Notes under the pieces: model-generated
Database searches by the model: none
Told to the model about the DNA's origin: nothing
Seen by the model: the letters and a program-made list of their open reading frames with translations, nothing else
Made by a program: the position numbers and the translations under genes
Shown: piece by piece, positions 48,601-62,100 of the stretch
How the letters are laid out: every line of letters begins with the position of its first letter
Numbering within the stretch: the first letter of the stretch is position 1
NCBI GenBank assembly: GCA_002633005.1
Contig: NMRA01000361.1
Coordinates: forward strand, 248,869 to 312,868
Direction of reading: 5' to 3'
DNA from: Phoronis australis
Taxonomy: Eukaryota > Animalia > Phoronida
DNA: 64,000 nucleotides

Positions 48601-51600
48601 AGAGGATCTACAAAATTTTTGCCTGCGATGCCTAAAATGTACATAAAAAGTTGTTAAACTGAACATAGCTCATTAGTAATTGCTCAACTTTCGTTATTTA
48701 CTCACACTGCGCCACCTGGTGGTATGATGTCATAAACAGAACACATGCACTCTGAGCCTGTCTACAGAAAGTCACAAAAGGATTACTAAATTAGCATTTT
48801 CTAACATTTGTTATCCACCAAGAATTAAGGCGCAAAGTTTTAGTTGATCAAAGATTGCAATAAATGGTTTCAGGTGCATTTCTAGTTTCTTACTTATTTT
48901 TGTCTTTCACTCGGTTTAGGAAAAATGTCCATCACATCTGGCAGGTCCTGCTTTACGCTCGACGGGTCTTCTATAAGATAGACACAAAGAATGCTCTGAA
49001 TCAGAAAGCTGCCAAATTGTAAGTATTTTCATGTTAACACTGTCACCTAGCAAAAGGAATGCGTATCATTGTGACAGAGCTCTATCCTACTGACCTATCG
49101 CAAGCTCCGCCCCCTTGCGAAAAGTCAACTATTAAACAACAAGTTTTACCTGATGACGTATTGTTTGTCGGGTAAAGTGGCGGCTTGGAAACGGAAGGTG
49201 TGTCAAGAATGCTGCGTTCTGATTGGCCAGTTAAGTCGTCACTCAAAATCTTGGCAATAGGTCAATTATCAGTGAAATAAATTTTCACAATCCGAGTGGC
49301 ATTGATGTTTGGCGTTGTTATTTGTCACTTCAATTCATCGTTGGAATGCATTGATCATTTTGTAAAATTAAAATAACTCATATGTATCTATGTGTGTATC
49401 TATGTGGGTGCATATTGCCGTCATCTCTGTCTGGCGTGCGACATCTGCTGATGTATATCCTAAACCCCTTGCAGGATCTTAATGAGGTTTGGTAGATTTG
49501 TTCTTGTGAAACTGACAACATACGACGATGAATTTCAAATTGTCCAACTAGTGATGTGCCCCCTAGTGACAATTTTATTTTTTTTCGCCTTTGCCTTTGC
49601 CTCTGTATTTAGGAGGCTCTTGAAGGATTTTCATGAAAATTGGCATATAAGTTTCTATTAAAGAGAGGACGATGTCTTCCAATTTTTGAGTGGATTTGAT
49701 ATATTGTGCACCACCTAGAGGCTCTTCTGTTCCACTTAATGGCAAATTTGTTTTTTCGCAGTTGCCCCTGTATTTTTGAAGTTTCTTGATGTCTTTTGGG
49801 GAACCCTGTATTAGAGAGATGACAATGCATATTTTGCACCATTTGATGGCCATTGTTTTGATACTAATAAACACCCCAAGTAGCATACTGTTTGTGGTGC
49901 ATCCATGGACGTATTTCAATGCTCCACATTGCTCTTGTGTAGCAGATCGTTTCCTATGACACACTTTAATTGTGATGAATGTAGCATGTTATATGGGCCC
50001 TCTATATTCAGTACTCACTCAGCACAGTGATGAACAAGACCTATTGGTCTACAGTGGTGTACATCCAAGCTCCTGTGTTAGGTCTAGTTGAAATTTAGGC
50101 TTCTGTGATCTGGTCTATGTCTGCTCCAATGTTTTGCAGGTATGAACAGGACCCAGAAATGTTCAAGAAGAAGGTGTCTGACAATGTTGCCCTGTGTAAA
50201 GACAAGATCTATGAACCTCCAAGCTCATCTGACCCTTACGCACTTAGGTTAGTGAAATACATCAGTTCTAATGGCAGATTTTGATGACTGCATTCATTTG
50301 TATTGTCGTATTGACTCAATTTAACAATAGATGTCTCTGTTAGTCCTGGATTTTGTTTGCTCTCTCAAAATAATGTATCAAACTCCACCAACTCTGCTAA
50401 TTGTCATTGTTTCACATAATATTGCCAGACATATTATTTACAGAAAGTCCAAAAAAGCTTGGGAATAGAAGCAGTTTTCAAATAAACCACCACATTTAAT
50501 TTCCTTGATTCTGTAAGAATTATTAGGTAACCTCTGTCAGTTCATTGTTAAATAACAACTATGAACAATGCGTGTAATGTGAATTCCTGTCTTGATGGTT
50601 GTCAGAGAATTAATAAACTAAAACAATAAACTATGACTGTGGTGGTTGCGCAAAAAACCCAGTAGGATTCATGAATAACTTCTCAAATTTCACTGTTTTT
50701 AAGTACTCTATTTATGCCCGTCAATGTCCACATTTGGTTAAACTTACACCCCCGGATTTTCCCTATCTTCTGGTTTAAATGACCCTCTTATGTGCCAACC
50801 TCCAGTTATTGAAGGAACTCGTATGTTTCTTTGCAATGGCCATGGCATCAATCTCTAAAGAATTTCAGTGCCCAAAATACACGCAATTTGTCGAGGTGTG
50901 ACTAATATCATTCTGTATTCTGCTGAAGTTGTGTTTCACGGTTGCATGTGACTTGACATGAATACAACTCCTTGGGCATCAACTCAATTGGTTGTTGGGT
51001 TAAATGTTTGACTTTTCATAAAATTTGAATGCTTACTGAATCAGGTTCTCAATTTAAGCACGCTGGGCTTTAATCTGGACTAACACGATAACTGTTCATT
51101 ATCATTGGCATTCTGTTTCGTCCAATGCACTCTCATCAAGACTTTGTGCTCATTTCACCAATACACTCTCGTTTCAGGTTCAGCCACTGGGACCCAACTG
51201 TACATGCAGAACAAAAAAACAAAATGCTCTCTCCAAAGGTACATGCAGGTGATTAGTTCTGTCTTGCTTCATAGTTCTCCCTATGGTCATTGTTTAACCT
51301 TCCAGGGACTGGCCTGTATAAGTTACCCCGCTATTGCTTGGTTTATGTTGTAATTTGCTGTGGTGGTGGCCTAGAATGTCCTGTTTACTTATTTCTTAGA
51401 ATGCTAATTTCTTTGGTGTTATTTAGTTTGTATTCAGAGTCCTGTACAGTACAACTGTGGTAATTAAGTCAAGTTGAAATTGACAACTTCAGACTGAATC
51501 GCATTTGCAATCTGTGGAAAATTGGAAAATACTAACTTTTCACATTTAACAATACTAAAACGCATTTAGATATTTCCATAGTGGATCTGTATGTGGCTAT

Positions 51601-53157
51601 CAGTTGTGTGTTTTATTATTTTCTGATATATATCTATTTCGGTATTTATATGTGCTTGCTCATCTTATATAAAGCTGTCACTAAGTGTCATTGGAAAAAG
51701 GACATTAATATTGATGAAGAATAACGGAGTGGCCATGTTCTGGTGAAGCTAAAAGTGCATTCACTTTACAGTTCAGGTGGGCAAGGGCGAGGGTCTGGTA
51801 GTCTCTTGTCTTACTTTACAATCAGTTTTTAGACGTCTTAACTAAAAGAAAAAGTACATCTGACCTGGCTTTTGATGAACAAGACAATCATGTAAAAAGA
51901 GTACCTAGAATAGTTTGTACTGTACATTTCTGAAGAAGGGAGAGAGTGATGCAAAAAGTGTAATTTTACATTGTAATTATACCCTTCATTGTTGACATCT
52001 ATTTGTAAACTTGTCGAACTCTAAACTCTATGAATAAACGTATTTCTCAGAACAGTAATGTAAATCTATTTCTTTTCGCAATGCAGTTAAATCTTTAGGT
52101 TCACCATTGAGACGTTACTTATATTAAGTGGAATTTGCAGACGTAAAATTAAATTTTGCTCTGGGTGATTTCTACATCTGCTACCATATTGAACCGTAAC
52201 TGCATTGGTAGTCGGAGATATTGGTTCTTTTTTTGACCCAATTCTCAGGTAGTATTCTAAAATTATTGAACATCACACTGCCAGTATAAATGAAGAAAAG
52301 TCTCGGGTTCTCTTTTACGGAGAGAGGAATTACAAACACCCAAACACCAATTTTTACAAAAAAGAATTGTCATTGATAATGCTATGAGATAGCCTAAACT
52401 GGAACCACTGAAGTTTCACATCAAGAGTAAAATTCACATAATAAGCATTTCTCAACCAATCAGAAGTACTGGGTATAGCTGTTGTCAAGCACCAGTTCTT
52501 TATTGCAATTTCCCACTGAGTTAATTGTGTTCAAATGCCAATCGACCTCCAACTCACAGATATAGATATTCACCAGACTACTAACATTCCTTGAAATGTC
52601 AATACCAATGTTACAGCTATTGACCCTACGAGATGGTGGACGTTATGAGTCACCCAGGCGATGTACTTGATGACCAAATTACAAAACTAAAACTTGTTGA
52701 AACTCGCTGTAATCTCCCAACATTGCGGAGCTGTCTGGCAGATTCCTTCAAATGTTTCGCCCTCTGCTAGTGTTGCTAGGTACAAAATTCAGTGTCCTGA
52801 ACCATGAGTTGGACTATTAAGTCCGATACCGCGGTGGGATTACCACCACGTCTGTTCAGAAAGTGATTGGATTTCACCCACCCAGCGTTTCGGACACCCC
52901 GCTCAAACCAGAAATTCATGTTCACTGTATCAGATGTCCCATGTCACAAAGGTGTTCAAACACTGCAAAACTGAACCATTGAAAATTAGATTCCAGGAGT
53001 GTTTTTTTCACAATTTTCATGATGATTGACTCGAATTGTGTGAATATTTATGTTCATGTGTTATTTTCAGAGTAAAGAGATAGAGAAGTCAAGAATAGAT
53101 GGGTTCACATGGATGTTGGGCAATAGAATCTTTGAGAAGGATAAGCTAGATTTGTGA
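45634..53157 (+). CDS. AKTIP: AKT-interacting protein (FTS/crossbronx-like, catalytically inactive ubiquitin E2 variant), ~273 aa
   Basis: Exons 45634-45684, 46053-46213, 46802-46866, 47898-47998, 48366-48454, 48920-49018, 50140-50247, 51178-51238, 53071-53157; 822 nt. Peptides [88 protein letters not shown] and DPYALRFSHWDP match AKTIP as recalled. First and last exons are less certain. A probable non-coding 5' exon lies near 44180-44247. Confidence 0.92.
46660..46790. repeat. Degenerate (GTCATA)-based microsatellite
   Basis: Repeated gtcata/gttata/gtacaa units. Confidence 0.7.
47129..47396. mobile_element. Fold-back MITE with ~75-bp inverted termini; fragment also at ~29470-29525
   Basis: aatggttggatataacatgcccgaattttgagaaccagttttctccactgaataac pairs with gttattcagtgcagaaaactggttctcaaaattcaggcacgttatatctgaccatt. 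Confidence 0.75.
49380..49950 (+). mobile_element. Related Helentron/HINE-like fragment in an AKTIP intron
   Basis: Same unit motifs (gtgccccctagtgac, ggattttcatgaaaattggcat, caccacctagagg) as 38234-39679. Confidence 0.55.
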
Positions 53158-54067
53158 TAAACAGCAGGCTGTTGTTTCGACTTATACAGAGACGGTTTTA
53201 GCTTGTGAACTTTGTTGCTGAGAAGCATGGACTAAATTGAGTGTGAAACTGCCGTGTTCATCTGGTGCCGTGAACTATTGATTTCATGAGTATGGATAGC
53301 TGGTACATGTACGGTAACGGCTCTACATTTTTGCACAAAATTAGATAATTACTTTTGTCTGGCAGTGGGGGTGAGCGAAAGAAGTAGAATGGCTGGAAAT
53401 ATCAAATGAATAGAAACTTAAAAAATCATCAGTGGCATTTTAGCTTCTCAAGCATTGTTTCAGTAATATTTTCGCAGGAAATTGCCAGGCATATAAATAG
53501 CCCGGTGCAATAGATTACGACACACTGTAGCCATAGTTTTGAATGAACAGAAAGTAAAAATACCGGCTGTTGCACCATTTTGCATTAACAGAAAGGTAAA
53601 ATATTTTTTGTTAACTAATTTTGGGTGTGCTGAAAATTAGAATGTACGAAATTGTAAAACAGTTACCGTGATATAAACGAAGCTGCAGCCTAGGAAAGGA
53701 CTCTAGTAGTGACAACTGACTGCCGATACAAGTAACAGTGTATGATCTGTTTGTTTCTTGGCCAATGGGTCTTCCATACTAATCAACATTTTCAGCAGCA
53801 TACAAAATATTTATTTAACTGCCAGGATACATTTTTGAAATTTTCTCAAATTGTCAGTGAGGACAAGAGAGGAAAGTTAATTTTTGAAAGTACTCTATAC
53901 GAGGTAGATGACATAGGTTTTGTATGCTTTTCAAAATGTAAGTAATAATGGGAGTCATCCTTGATGTAGCTTTGTTTCCACTATGCCTGTGTGCTGTTGT
54001 GTGTGTGTGGGCTATTGGATATTTAATTTAGTGTTGGTAGCTGGGATGACTGGAAGGTTCACAGATT

Positions 54068-54280
54068 GACATTGAGGATACTGTGTACAATTGTGGTAAA
54101 CAGATTGTCTAACTTGGTGTTGTATCACGTGACATTGAGAATACTGTATACTTGTGGTCAACAGATTGTCTAACTTCGTGTTGTATCACGCGACATTGAG
54201 AATACTGTATACTTGTGGTCAACAGATTGTCTAACTTCGTGTTGTATCACGTGACATTGAGAATACTGTATACTTGTGGT
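54068..54280. repeat. ~61-bp tandem repeat x3.5 downstream of the AKTIP stop codon
   Basis: gacattgagaatactgtatacttgtggtcaacagattgtctaacttcgtgttgtatcacg at 54068, 54131, 54192 and 54253. Confidence 0.95.
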
Positions 54281-55415
54281 TCATCATTGCATTTCTTGCT
54301 GTAGGCGCAGGTCACAGTATTTTTCCTCTCTCGCTACGTTACAGTGACACTTCTTGAAACAATAAGTAAATGTATTTTAAAATTGTCTGAAAACTTGTAT
54401 TTACCTCACTTGATTAACTGGTAAAACTGAACACTAACCATCACTGAATGATTATTGAACTAATGAAGTATAGCTGGGTGAGCAACGGGGGAAATTCTGT
54501 GATACGTGCCTTTAAACATGTCAAAACCATGATTAGATTGTACGGAACTAAGTCTATGTTGAGTACATCATTGTTTGTCAGTGTTCACACTTTTTTCAAA
54601 CTTGGTTACCGTGGTTACCGTGGTTAATAAGAGAAATTAGAAAAAAAAGTAAATATGCTGTATGAATTTGTCATTTATGCATTGTGTGCTTGGGTACAGT
54701 CTTCACCCTTAATTGACCTACTGGTTGCAAGACAGTAATCTTTGCATTTTTGTCGGCATGCGTGGTTTTTTAGTCAATTTGCTAGCTGAAATACTTGTGG
54801 GTTTGTCAATTAACACTGATAACGTTTACTCTTTTTGGCTTGGCTGATGCTCGTTATTTTTATCAGTTTATTTGCATAATTCTTCCGTGCAGAATTTGTA
54901 AATCATAGAAGGGAGTCGGTGTGTTCAGCATTTACTTCATAGACCAATGCTGGCATGTGTTATTTTACTTAGTTCGGGTCAGATTATCTCCACATGTTAC
55001 CACATGCGGTATTATCAGACATCAAAAGCAATGCCAAGCAGCCGTTTCTGGTTTTGGTAACTTCTGCTTCCCTTTCTCGCAAATAGTGTCTTTGCTGAAC
55101 TATTTTTAGCACAGTCACGAAATATTTTCACGTTTGGCAATTCTTTGTTAGTCGACTCATGGATGAGACTGTCTCGCCACCTGGTGACTGACTTGTTAGG
55201 CGGGGTTAAGTGTTACTATGTGTTCACTATTCAGATTTTTGTGTAAAACATATTGTGTATTGTACATTTCCTTTGCGCAAACAACAATGATGTGTGTGCT
55301 ATATTTTCTTATCTGTACACCTTACAAAACATATCTATTCATTGTATCTAACAGGTCTTGAAATGAAATTTTCCATTCAAATTAATTTTGTCTACTAAAT
55401 TTTTTTGCAATAAAT

Positions 55416-58400
55416 TCATCCATTTTGCATTGGCGACCCAATGTTGTGATTATGAATTGCATCTGCCAGTTGATTACTCAGCGTATATCGCACGCCTCTC
55501 CATGTGAAGTGGCTAGGTGGGTCAGCACCTTCGTCACCACTGCTAAACTCAAAGTGTTTGCTGAACTCGATAGCCAGGCTGGATTTAATGAGTCCAAAAC
55601 CTCCGACTTTATCAGGTGCTGGGTGGTAAATTCTACCACTCTCCGGCACCATGCACACTTGATCTGGCTGGAATGGTACGGTTAATAAATCCCCGCCGTT
55701 ATTGTGGGAGAAGAGTTCACCATCCTTTCCTTCTAACACCTGTGTGAACACTATGGGGCAGTCGTCGCACCTGATGTAGTTCATCTCTGGACCACACGGC
55801 GATATGTAGGGGAACTCGGAATAACGATCAGTGGTGTTTGCTTTTAATCTCTTGAAGAAAAATTGTAAAAATTTCTTTTCTGCAAAATAAAGCAGAAAAT
55901 ATGTCGGCATATGAAAAGGAACTGAAAATACTGTCTCGCTATATTTTGCACCATACTATTTCAATAGCTAGCTATAGATCTGTGCAATTTTATAAAGACA
56001 AACACATTATTTAAAAGGGTACTAAACCCTAATGTTAGGTGATTCCAGCCAATCCTAGTTGTGTTCCAATACAACACTGGTGTTGTAATGATAAAAGTAG
56101 TATTCAAATAAACACTAGCTCATTAACTGCACTTGATTGACTTTGTCGATTCTGCCAGGTCAAACAGCTAAGATGTCTGAGTGGTATAAGCCACAAGTCA
56201 TCATCGAGAGCCAATCGGATGTCTTGGATGGTTAACCCGCCAGAACTTGCAAAGTCAATGAAAAACAGCCATTCTATCATAAGATGTGTCATGTAGGTTT
56301 CGATGTGTAGCCTTTCCCCACAGTTGCCGTTAAATTGGCTAAAGCGTTAGTCACCCTTGGCAGGTTAGCAGACTTTGTAAGAAGTTTTGTTCCAAACTTT
56401 TGAGAGCTGACAAGGGCATTATTTTATATTTGAGACCAAAATGGCAGAGTCCTTAATATCTGCTAATGGGCAAACCCGGGTTTAGTATTTTTTAAACTAA
56501 AGAAAGTAATTTCCACAGTAACATCCCTATATTCTGAGTCGTATGTTGAAAGTGAACTATACCTTTGAAGCATGATGTAAAGTTTTTCATCTTGGCATCG
56601 TCAAGGAACAACTGAAAGATAAAATGTTGAACACAGTGAGAAACCATGGTAGTATCCAAGGAAACGCTTTGTAGAGTTCTGTAGCTGTCTCGCGGAGAGA
56701 AAAATCTAGCCAAAATCAGATGCTCTCAATGAAAATACATGTCAATATCTCGCTAAGTCTCACTTTTTAGTGAAGTCCTAGCATAACTGAACTCTGCCCT
56801 GGTGTTAGCAAGTCACTTTTGGCATTACAAATATCTCGTCAGACTATTCCAGACGGAGAGAAGCTTTTCAATTGCATCTCATCTAATGTTAAATTTCCCT
56901 GGCAGTCTTATCGAGTATCACACTTACTGATGGAGAGAAAAGGAACTAAGATCATCTGGTTGTCACTATCAGTTCTGGTTTAGCACTTTTCTATAAAACT
57001 GCAGGGTACCCTCATCAGGGTAGATAAAAGACTCTTTGCTATATCCTGTTGCGATAAAAATTCTCCAATTCGGGACAGCCTCTACAGCACTGAACACAAA
57101 TTACAAGTAAACAGGATTTGATATAAAAGTCAAGTAGAATAAAGAAACTGAGATTGCAATTAAACGATAAAAATATTAACCTGGCACTTCATTAGTTCAT
57201 ATCATCCTAATCTACTGTTGTGATCGCTCAAGGTATCAGCTTGAAATACGCAGACAAACACACATTGACAGTCACACTTCACACCCAGCCCAGAGGCAGC
57301 ACCTAGCTAAAGGCTTTTGGGAAGTCTTTGGCTTCTGCAGCCAATCCCAATTAGTTAATCGTTAAGTCACTTACAGGATTCTAGCATTACATGAACCAGC
57401 TTTTCTCTTTTGAATAACGGGCATAAAGCTGTTTTTAAATATCTGAAACCCTTGTGACTTATTGACCACTCAGATATTGGTAACATCGATTAAACAAAGG
57501 TGACCTCAGTTCGTCTACCAACCCTACTACCAGGAGCTGGCAATAACTTTTAGTGATTGAAAATATACCAAAAAGTCACTCAGTTTAATTTGCCAATAAC
57601 TTTGTCCTCAGTTCTTTTATCATTCGCTCTAGCAATTAAGTTAAATTCAATCCTATCACTGGTGCAAATTACTTGAACATGTGTTAAAAATCATCCACGA
57701 TTGACAAACATGTTTTCTTATGGCCAAGCTCACAACATTTTTAGGTCAGGTGAGTTTTAATTTGCACATTTAGGACAAAAAATGAAAGGATCGAGATAAG
57801 TGAAATTTTCAAAGTGTTTAAAATACATGTTACTGTTTTCACGCGTATTGTTTAGCATGCTTTATTTCATCAATCAAATCGGTAAAGTATTCTAATTACA
57901 GGGCCGTATTACAGTGCCTACCTTGGGCAACGGGGAGCATAAAAACACTGACAAAACTGCTATTGCCTCACTTTCGTTTTTTTGTCGTAAATATGGAACA
58001 TTATGGGTCAACTGACCAGAAAAAGATGTGTCCTTGGTTCTCAACAGACAAGTTTTAAAATGGCGTCAAAAAGTATAAAGGTTATTGACTGGTAAGTCTG
58101 AACTTGTTGAACTTTCTGGAAGTACATTTTCATTCAAAAGTTCAAAGCAACAATTCCGATAGGTAACCGAGGTAGGATTACCAACCCTTCCGCAATCGAT
58201 GAACTGTTGTCTGGTTATTATTCATGCGCACACCCAACCTTTAACATGGTGGGCTCATGTGGACCTTTTGCTGACAAAAAAGCGGGAGGACTAAAAAAAC
58301 AGGGTACAACCTTCAGAACTTTGAACTGCGTCTGCACTTTTTTCGTGGACTTTTGTCACTATGCTCGGATTTTTTGTTTCTATGAGGCGGACCTTTTTGC

Positions 58401-58716
58401 CTAATGGGGGGCGCCTTGGAGCCCCCCCAAAACCCGCCCCCCCGGGTGCGCGCATGTTATTGACTGTCACTGACTCAGCCTGGGCCACGGTTAAGCCATG
58501 CTGGCTTAACGTGGCCCAGGCTGAGTCAGTCTGCCTGTACTCAGACTAGTAATACTTTGTCTTATCTCGTCAACACACCTGTCCTTGATGATCAATGTAA
58601 TAAAAGTATTCCCTAACTTTTGGTTTTGGCGATTGTCCTTGTACATAGTGAACGAATCGTCTTTCCATGCATGGAAATACTCTGTACATTTTAGGTTTCA
58701 CCCGCACAAACATCAT
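55416..58716 (-). CDS. C8orf82: UPF0598 protein C8orf82 homologue, 216 aa, 3 exons
   Basis: Exons 58579-58716, 56563-56611, 55416-55879; 651 nt. Peptides YVQGQSPKPKVREYFYYIDHQGQ|LFLDDAKMKNFTSCFK|EKKFLQFFFKRLK..FPYISPCGPEMNYIRCDDCPIVFT..GRIYHPAP match the family; the N-terminus is basic and presequence-like. Confidence 0.9.
58469..58530. repeat. Near-perfect 62-bp palindrome (29-bp stem, 3-nt loop) in C8orf82 intron 1
   Basis: actgactcagcctgggccacggttaagcca-tgc-tggcttaacgtggcccaggctgagtcagt (one bulged base). Confidence 0.9.
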
Positions 58717-59151
58717 TTTCTCTTGTTGTTTACAGCGGAAGTTCACAAAGAACACAAACAAATTTTATTATAGAATATTTTTGCATTTCATACATAAATA
58801 TAGTCAACTATCACTTTTTATAAATATTACTAATTATTTCTTCAATAAATTTTGAAATCTAATGGTTATTCAAAATTAAATTATTTTATGTTTCCAGTCA
58901 ATTATGAATTAGCCAATCAAAATCTAATAAGTACGTTTTGTCCGTGGATCAAGCGCGAGCTTCAGCCCAGGAACTCATTCTTGCTTACTGTGTGCTGTCA
59001 AATTAAAAAATTACACGATTGGTTCATATTTCGTTGAGTCGAAATGGTCTAAGATTTTATGACCAGTTTATTCCTGTAATATTCTTATCTTTGTATATTT
59101 AGCGACTAAACTAGACGCTTGCCAAGGATCGTGAGAGGCTCAGTCTGAAAA
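58717..59151. promoter_or_regulatory. Bidirectional promoter between C8orf82 and KATNB1
   Basis: 435 bp between divergent ATGs; CCAAT boxes on both strands (agccaatca ~58911, gattgg ~59017); ETS-like GCGGAAGT at ~58735. Confidence 0.7.
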
Positions 59152-62100
59152 ATGGCGGTCCCTACAAAAAGAGCTTGGAAACTTCGTAAGTCATTGATTT
59201 ATCAAATACGTACAGAGAGATTTCCTTAATATATCAATCAATTGGAATTTAAAATTTGTCGGACATAGTAGTTCCTGATTTTAAGAACCTGTTAATTGTT
59301 ATTCAGCTTGCAGTGCAGGCCTTCACGGCTTTAGGCGTGTTGACAAGAATTCCATCCGATCATTTCCATCCCCACTTTTGTGTTTCTATTATTTTTTGCT
59401 ACTATCTGTGAGCCTGTGATGTAGGCTTTCATTGGTCAATTGAAACCATGAAAAATTTGGCCAACCAGAGCGACTCAATATAAGCGAAAGCTACTTTGCA
59501 AAACTCATGTGAGTTACTCTTGATTGACTTGACGTAATATTTTTTTGATTTGTTCTATCTTGGACAAATTGTTTTTAAGGTCACGGTTAACGTTTTACAG
59601 ATACTTTACACCACTGAGGTTTATTTAAAAAAGCTTTCATAACTGTTTTGAAATTATTAACAAGCACGTCGTAAGAATGGTGACAGGCGACTATGTGCCA
59701 ACCAGAATTACCGTAATAATTTACGTAACTCACACAAAGTAATGGTTCTCATTGCTTTTCACTGTTAGCACAATGTATTCCACCCCAGACCAGACTGTGA
59801 CAGCTTCACTTCAATTTAGTAATAATTGTGCCGATAAGCCTGCGCCAGTGCATGGGAGAATACAGGACTTCTAGGAATGAGTAAAATAAAGCCTTCATTT
59901 TACTCATAATAAAGGCATCTCTTAATCACCCTTCTACGTGCAATTGCTCTTTTGCAAATAGGCCAAAACCCAAGGTAGTAGTGGTAGACTCTGACTTCAT
60001 TAGTCTGTGCTAAGTATCCAAGTTCTTTGACTTTTTCAGAGGAGTTTGTTGCTCATTCAGCCAATGTCAATTGTCTGGCCTTCGGTCACAAGTCTGGCAG
60101 GGTGCTGGCCACGGGAGGTGAAGACAAGAAGGTCAACATGTGGGCACTGGGCAAACCTAACTGTATCATGGTAAGTGTCGCCATGGTAATATCTGCCTTG
60201 AAGAGAAATTGAGTGTGTTTTAAGTTACGATTGCAAAAAGCGTCATTTGCTTTATGTGGAACAGCATATTCAAATGTGAAAGAATTTTATGGAAATCGAT
60301 TGATTTATGCCTTTTGAACTATTTTTTGAGCTTACATTTGAATTATATCACGTTGGGGGAACTAGTACCAGTAGATGTAAAATGAAGCTCAAGGCTTGGA
60401 ATTTTCCGCGGAAACACAGATTTCCGCTTTTTTCAAATGTTCTGTCCGCGCATTTTATTATATTTCCGCGTAAAAAAAATTGGATTTGATATTAAATTTC
60501 CGTGGCAAATTCCTTTCTTACCGCGCCGTTGCCAACAAGGTTCACCTCGAAAAGCAGAAGTTGCTCTTTATGTTTCGGAGGAACGTAAATTGTCAACATT
60601 GCCGGGGCATCTGGGATAGCGTGGTGGGATTTTCAATGGCGTCTCGTGTGATTGTAAACCGCGGTGACAAATACTACGGCTCTGCAGCCAAAAATGTGTG
60701 GGGGTGGGAGTGGACAGACGAGCTAAAAAGACGCAGACGCATGCTACTGATGGTGGTAACGTTCTTTTTTTATATAGTTCTCCCAATTTTTGTCGGCGAA
60801 AGGTAGCGCGCATGTTTTGGGCCATGAAAGTTTCCGCGTTGTTTGTCATTGGTCATTCCAAGCCCTGGAAGCTATATAGTTGCTTTTGCTCTTGGGCTTG
60901 CTGTTTGTCCATAAAAGTGCACTCCATGGAACCAGTTGTGCAGCTCCAGTGCAGATATTGAGAATCTCCCAACATAGCTGATGCACTAATATGGAGAATG
61001 ATTAAAGAATTGTTTCTATGTTTCTGCAGTTGAAGCTGTTTTGATTTGAACGTAGAGTTTGGTAGCTGTTGAGCATGTGATGTATGTAGGAGAGTTGTGT
61101 GTGCAGAGTCTAAAAATCTGTCGTTTTTCTGATCCTTTCAAAAGCAATTTCAGTATTCCTAGAACACATACATATGAGAAGTTCCCAGTGAAACCAATTT
61201 TTGGTATTCATGTTTCAGAGTATTTTTTAACATTTTGGCTCCCCTTATACCAGACCTGTGTACATACATGTTCGTATGAAAATTCGACCTGCATTACTCA
61301 AGTATGCATTGACTGCAAAAGATACGGAAGTCAAAACAACTTGGGTGACCCGTGTGTTTCTGTGTTAAATGCATAATAGAAATCTTGGAGTGGAATAAGA
61401 TTTTTTTTATTTAAATTTTAAAACATATTTTTGCTTCGCAACTTTGATCTAAAATTAGTTGGAATTAGCTGCAGTGGAGTTGTTTATCAGTTGTCTTTTA
61501 TTATTTTCATTAACTACAAAATAATTGAATTACAAGGCCACTTCTATCAACATTCGTTGCCATCCTGATGAAGTCTATCATATTACCAAAACAGCTCTCA
61601 AAAACACTTTGATAAGCTTGGCATGAACATGTTTTGTGGCTATTAGCGTAGACGACTGGTACAAGTCTCGCTAACCAGTTCTGTCCCAGTGAATATATAC
61701 TGAACTGCACCTATAAACCATGACTGATCATAACCCCATGACTGACTTTTCAGAGTTTGTCTGGTCACACGAGTCCAGTGGAAGCTGTCCGGTTTGGAAA
61801 TGCTGAGGAGCTGGTTGCAGCTGGGTCAATGTCTGGTGCTCTCAAGATATGGGACTTGGAGGCTGCCAAAAGTAAGGTGTCTTGTAAACTTGTTCTCTAT
61901 GTGTTACCAGTAACATGGACATGTTGAGTGGAGGGGTTATGATTGGGATTTAGACTCGTGGTGGGAATTTTGCCAAAACCTTTTAAGTAGAATAAGAGTC
62001 TTCCTACATGTCGACATGTGGCGCCGACATGTGGCATGTAAGAAAACTAAATTGTTACTTGTACTACATCAGCATGATGATTTATAATGGCAGTTTTAAG

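Noticed and set aside
51772-51845. Alternative last exon of AKTIP (AATAAA at ~52033)
   Set aside because: The encoded peptides lack the G-x-x-W motif of the AKTIP C-terminus, which the 53071-53157 exon has.
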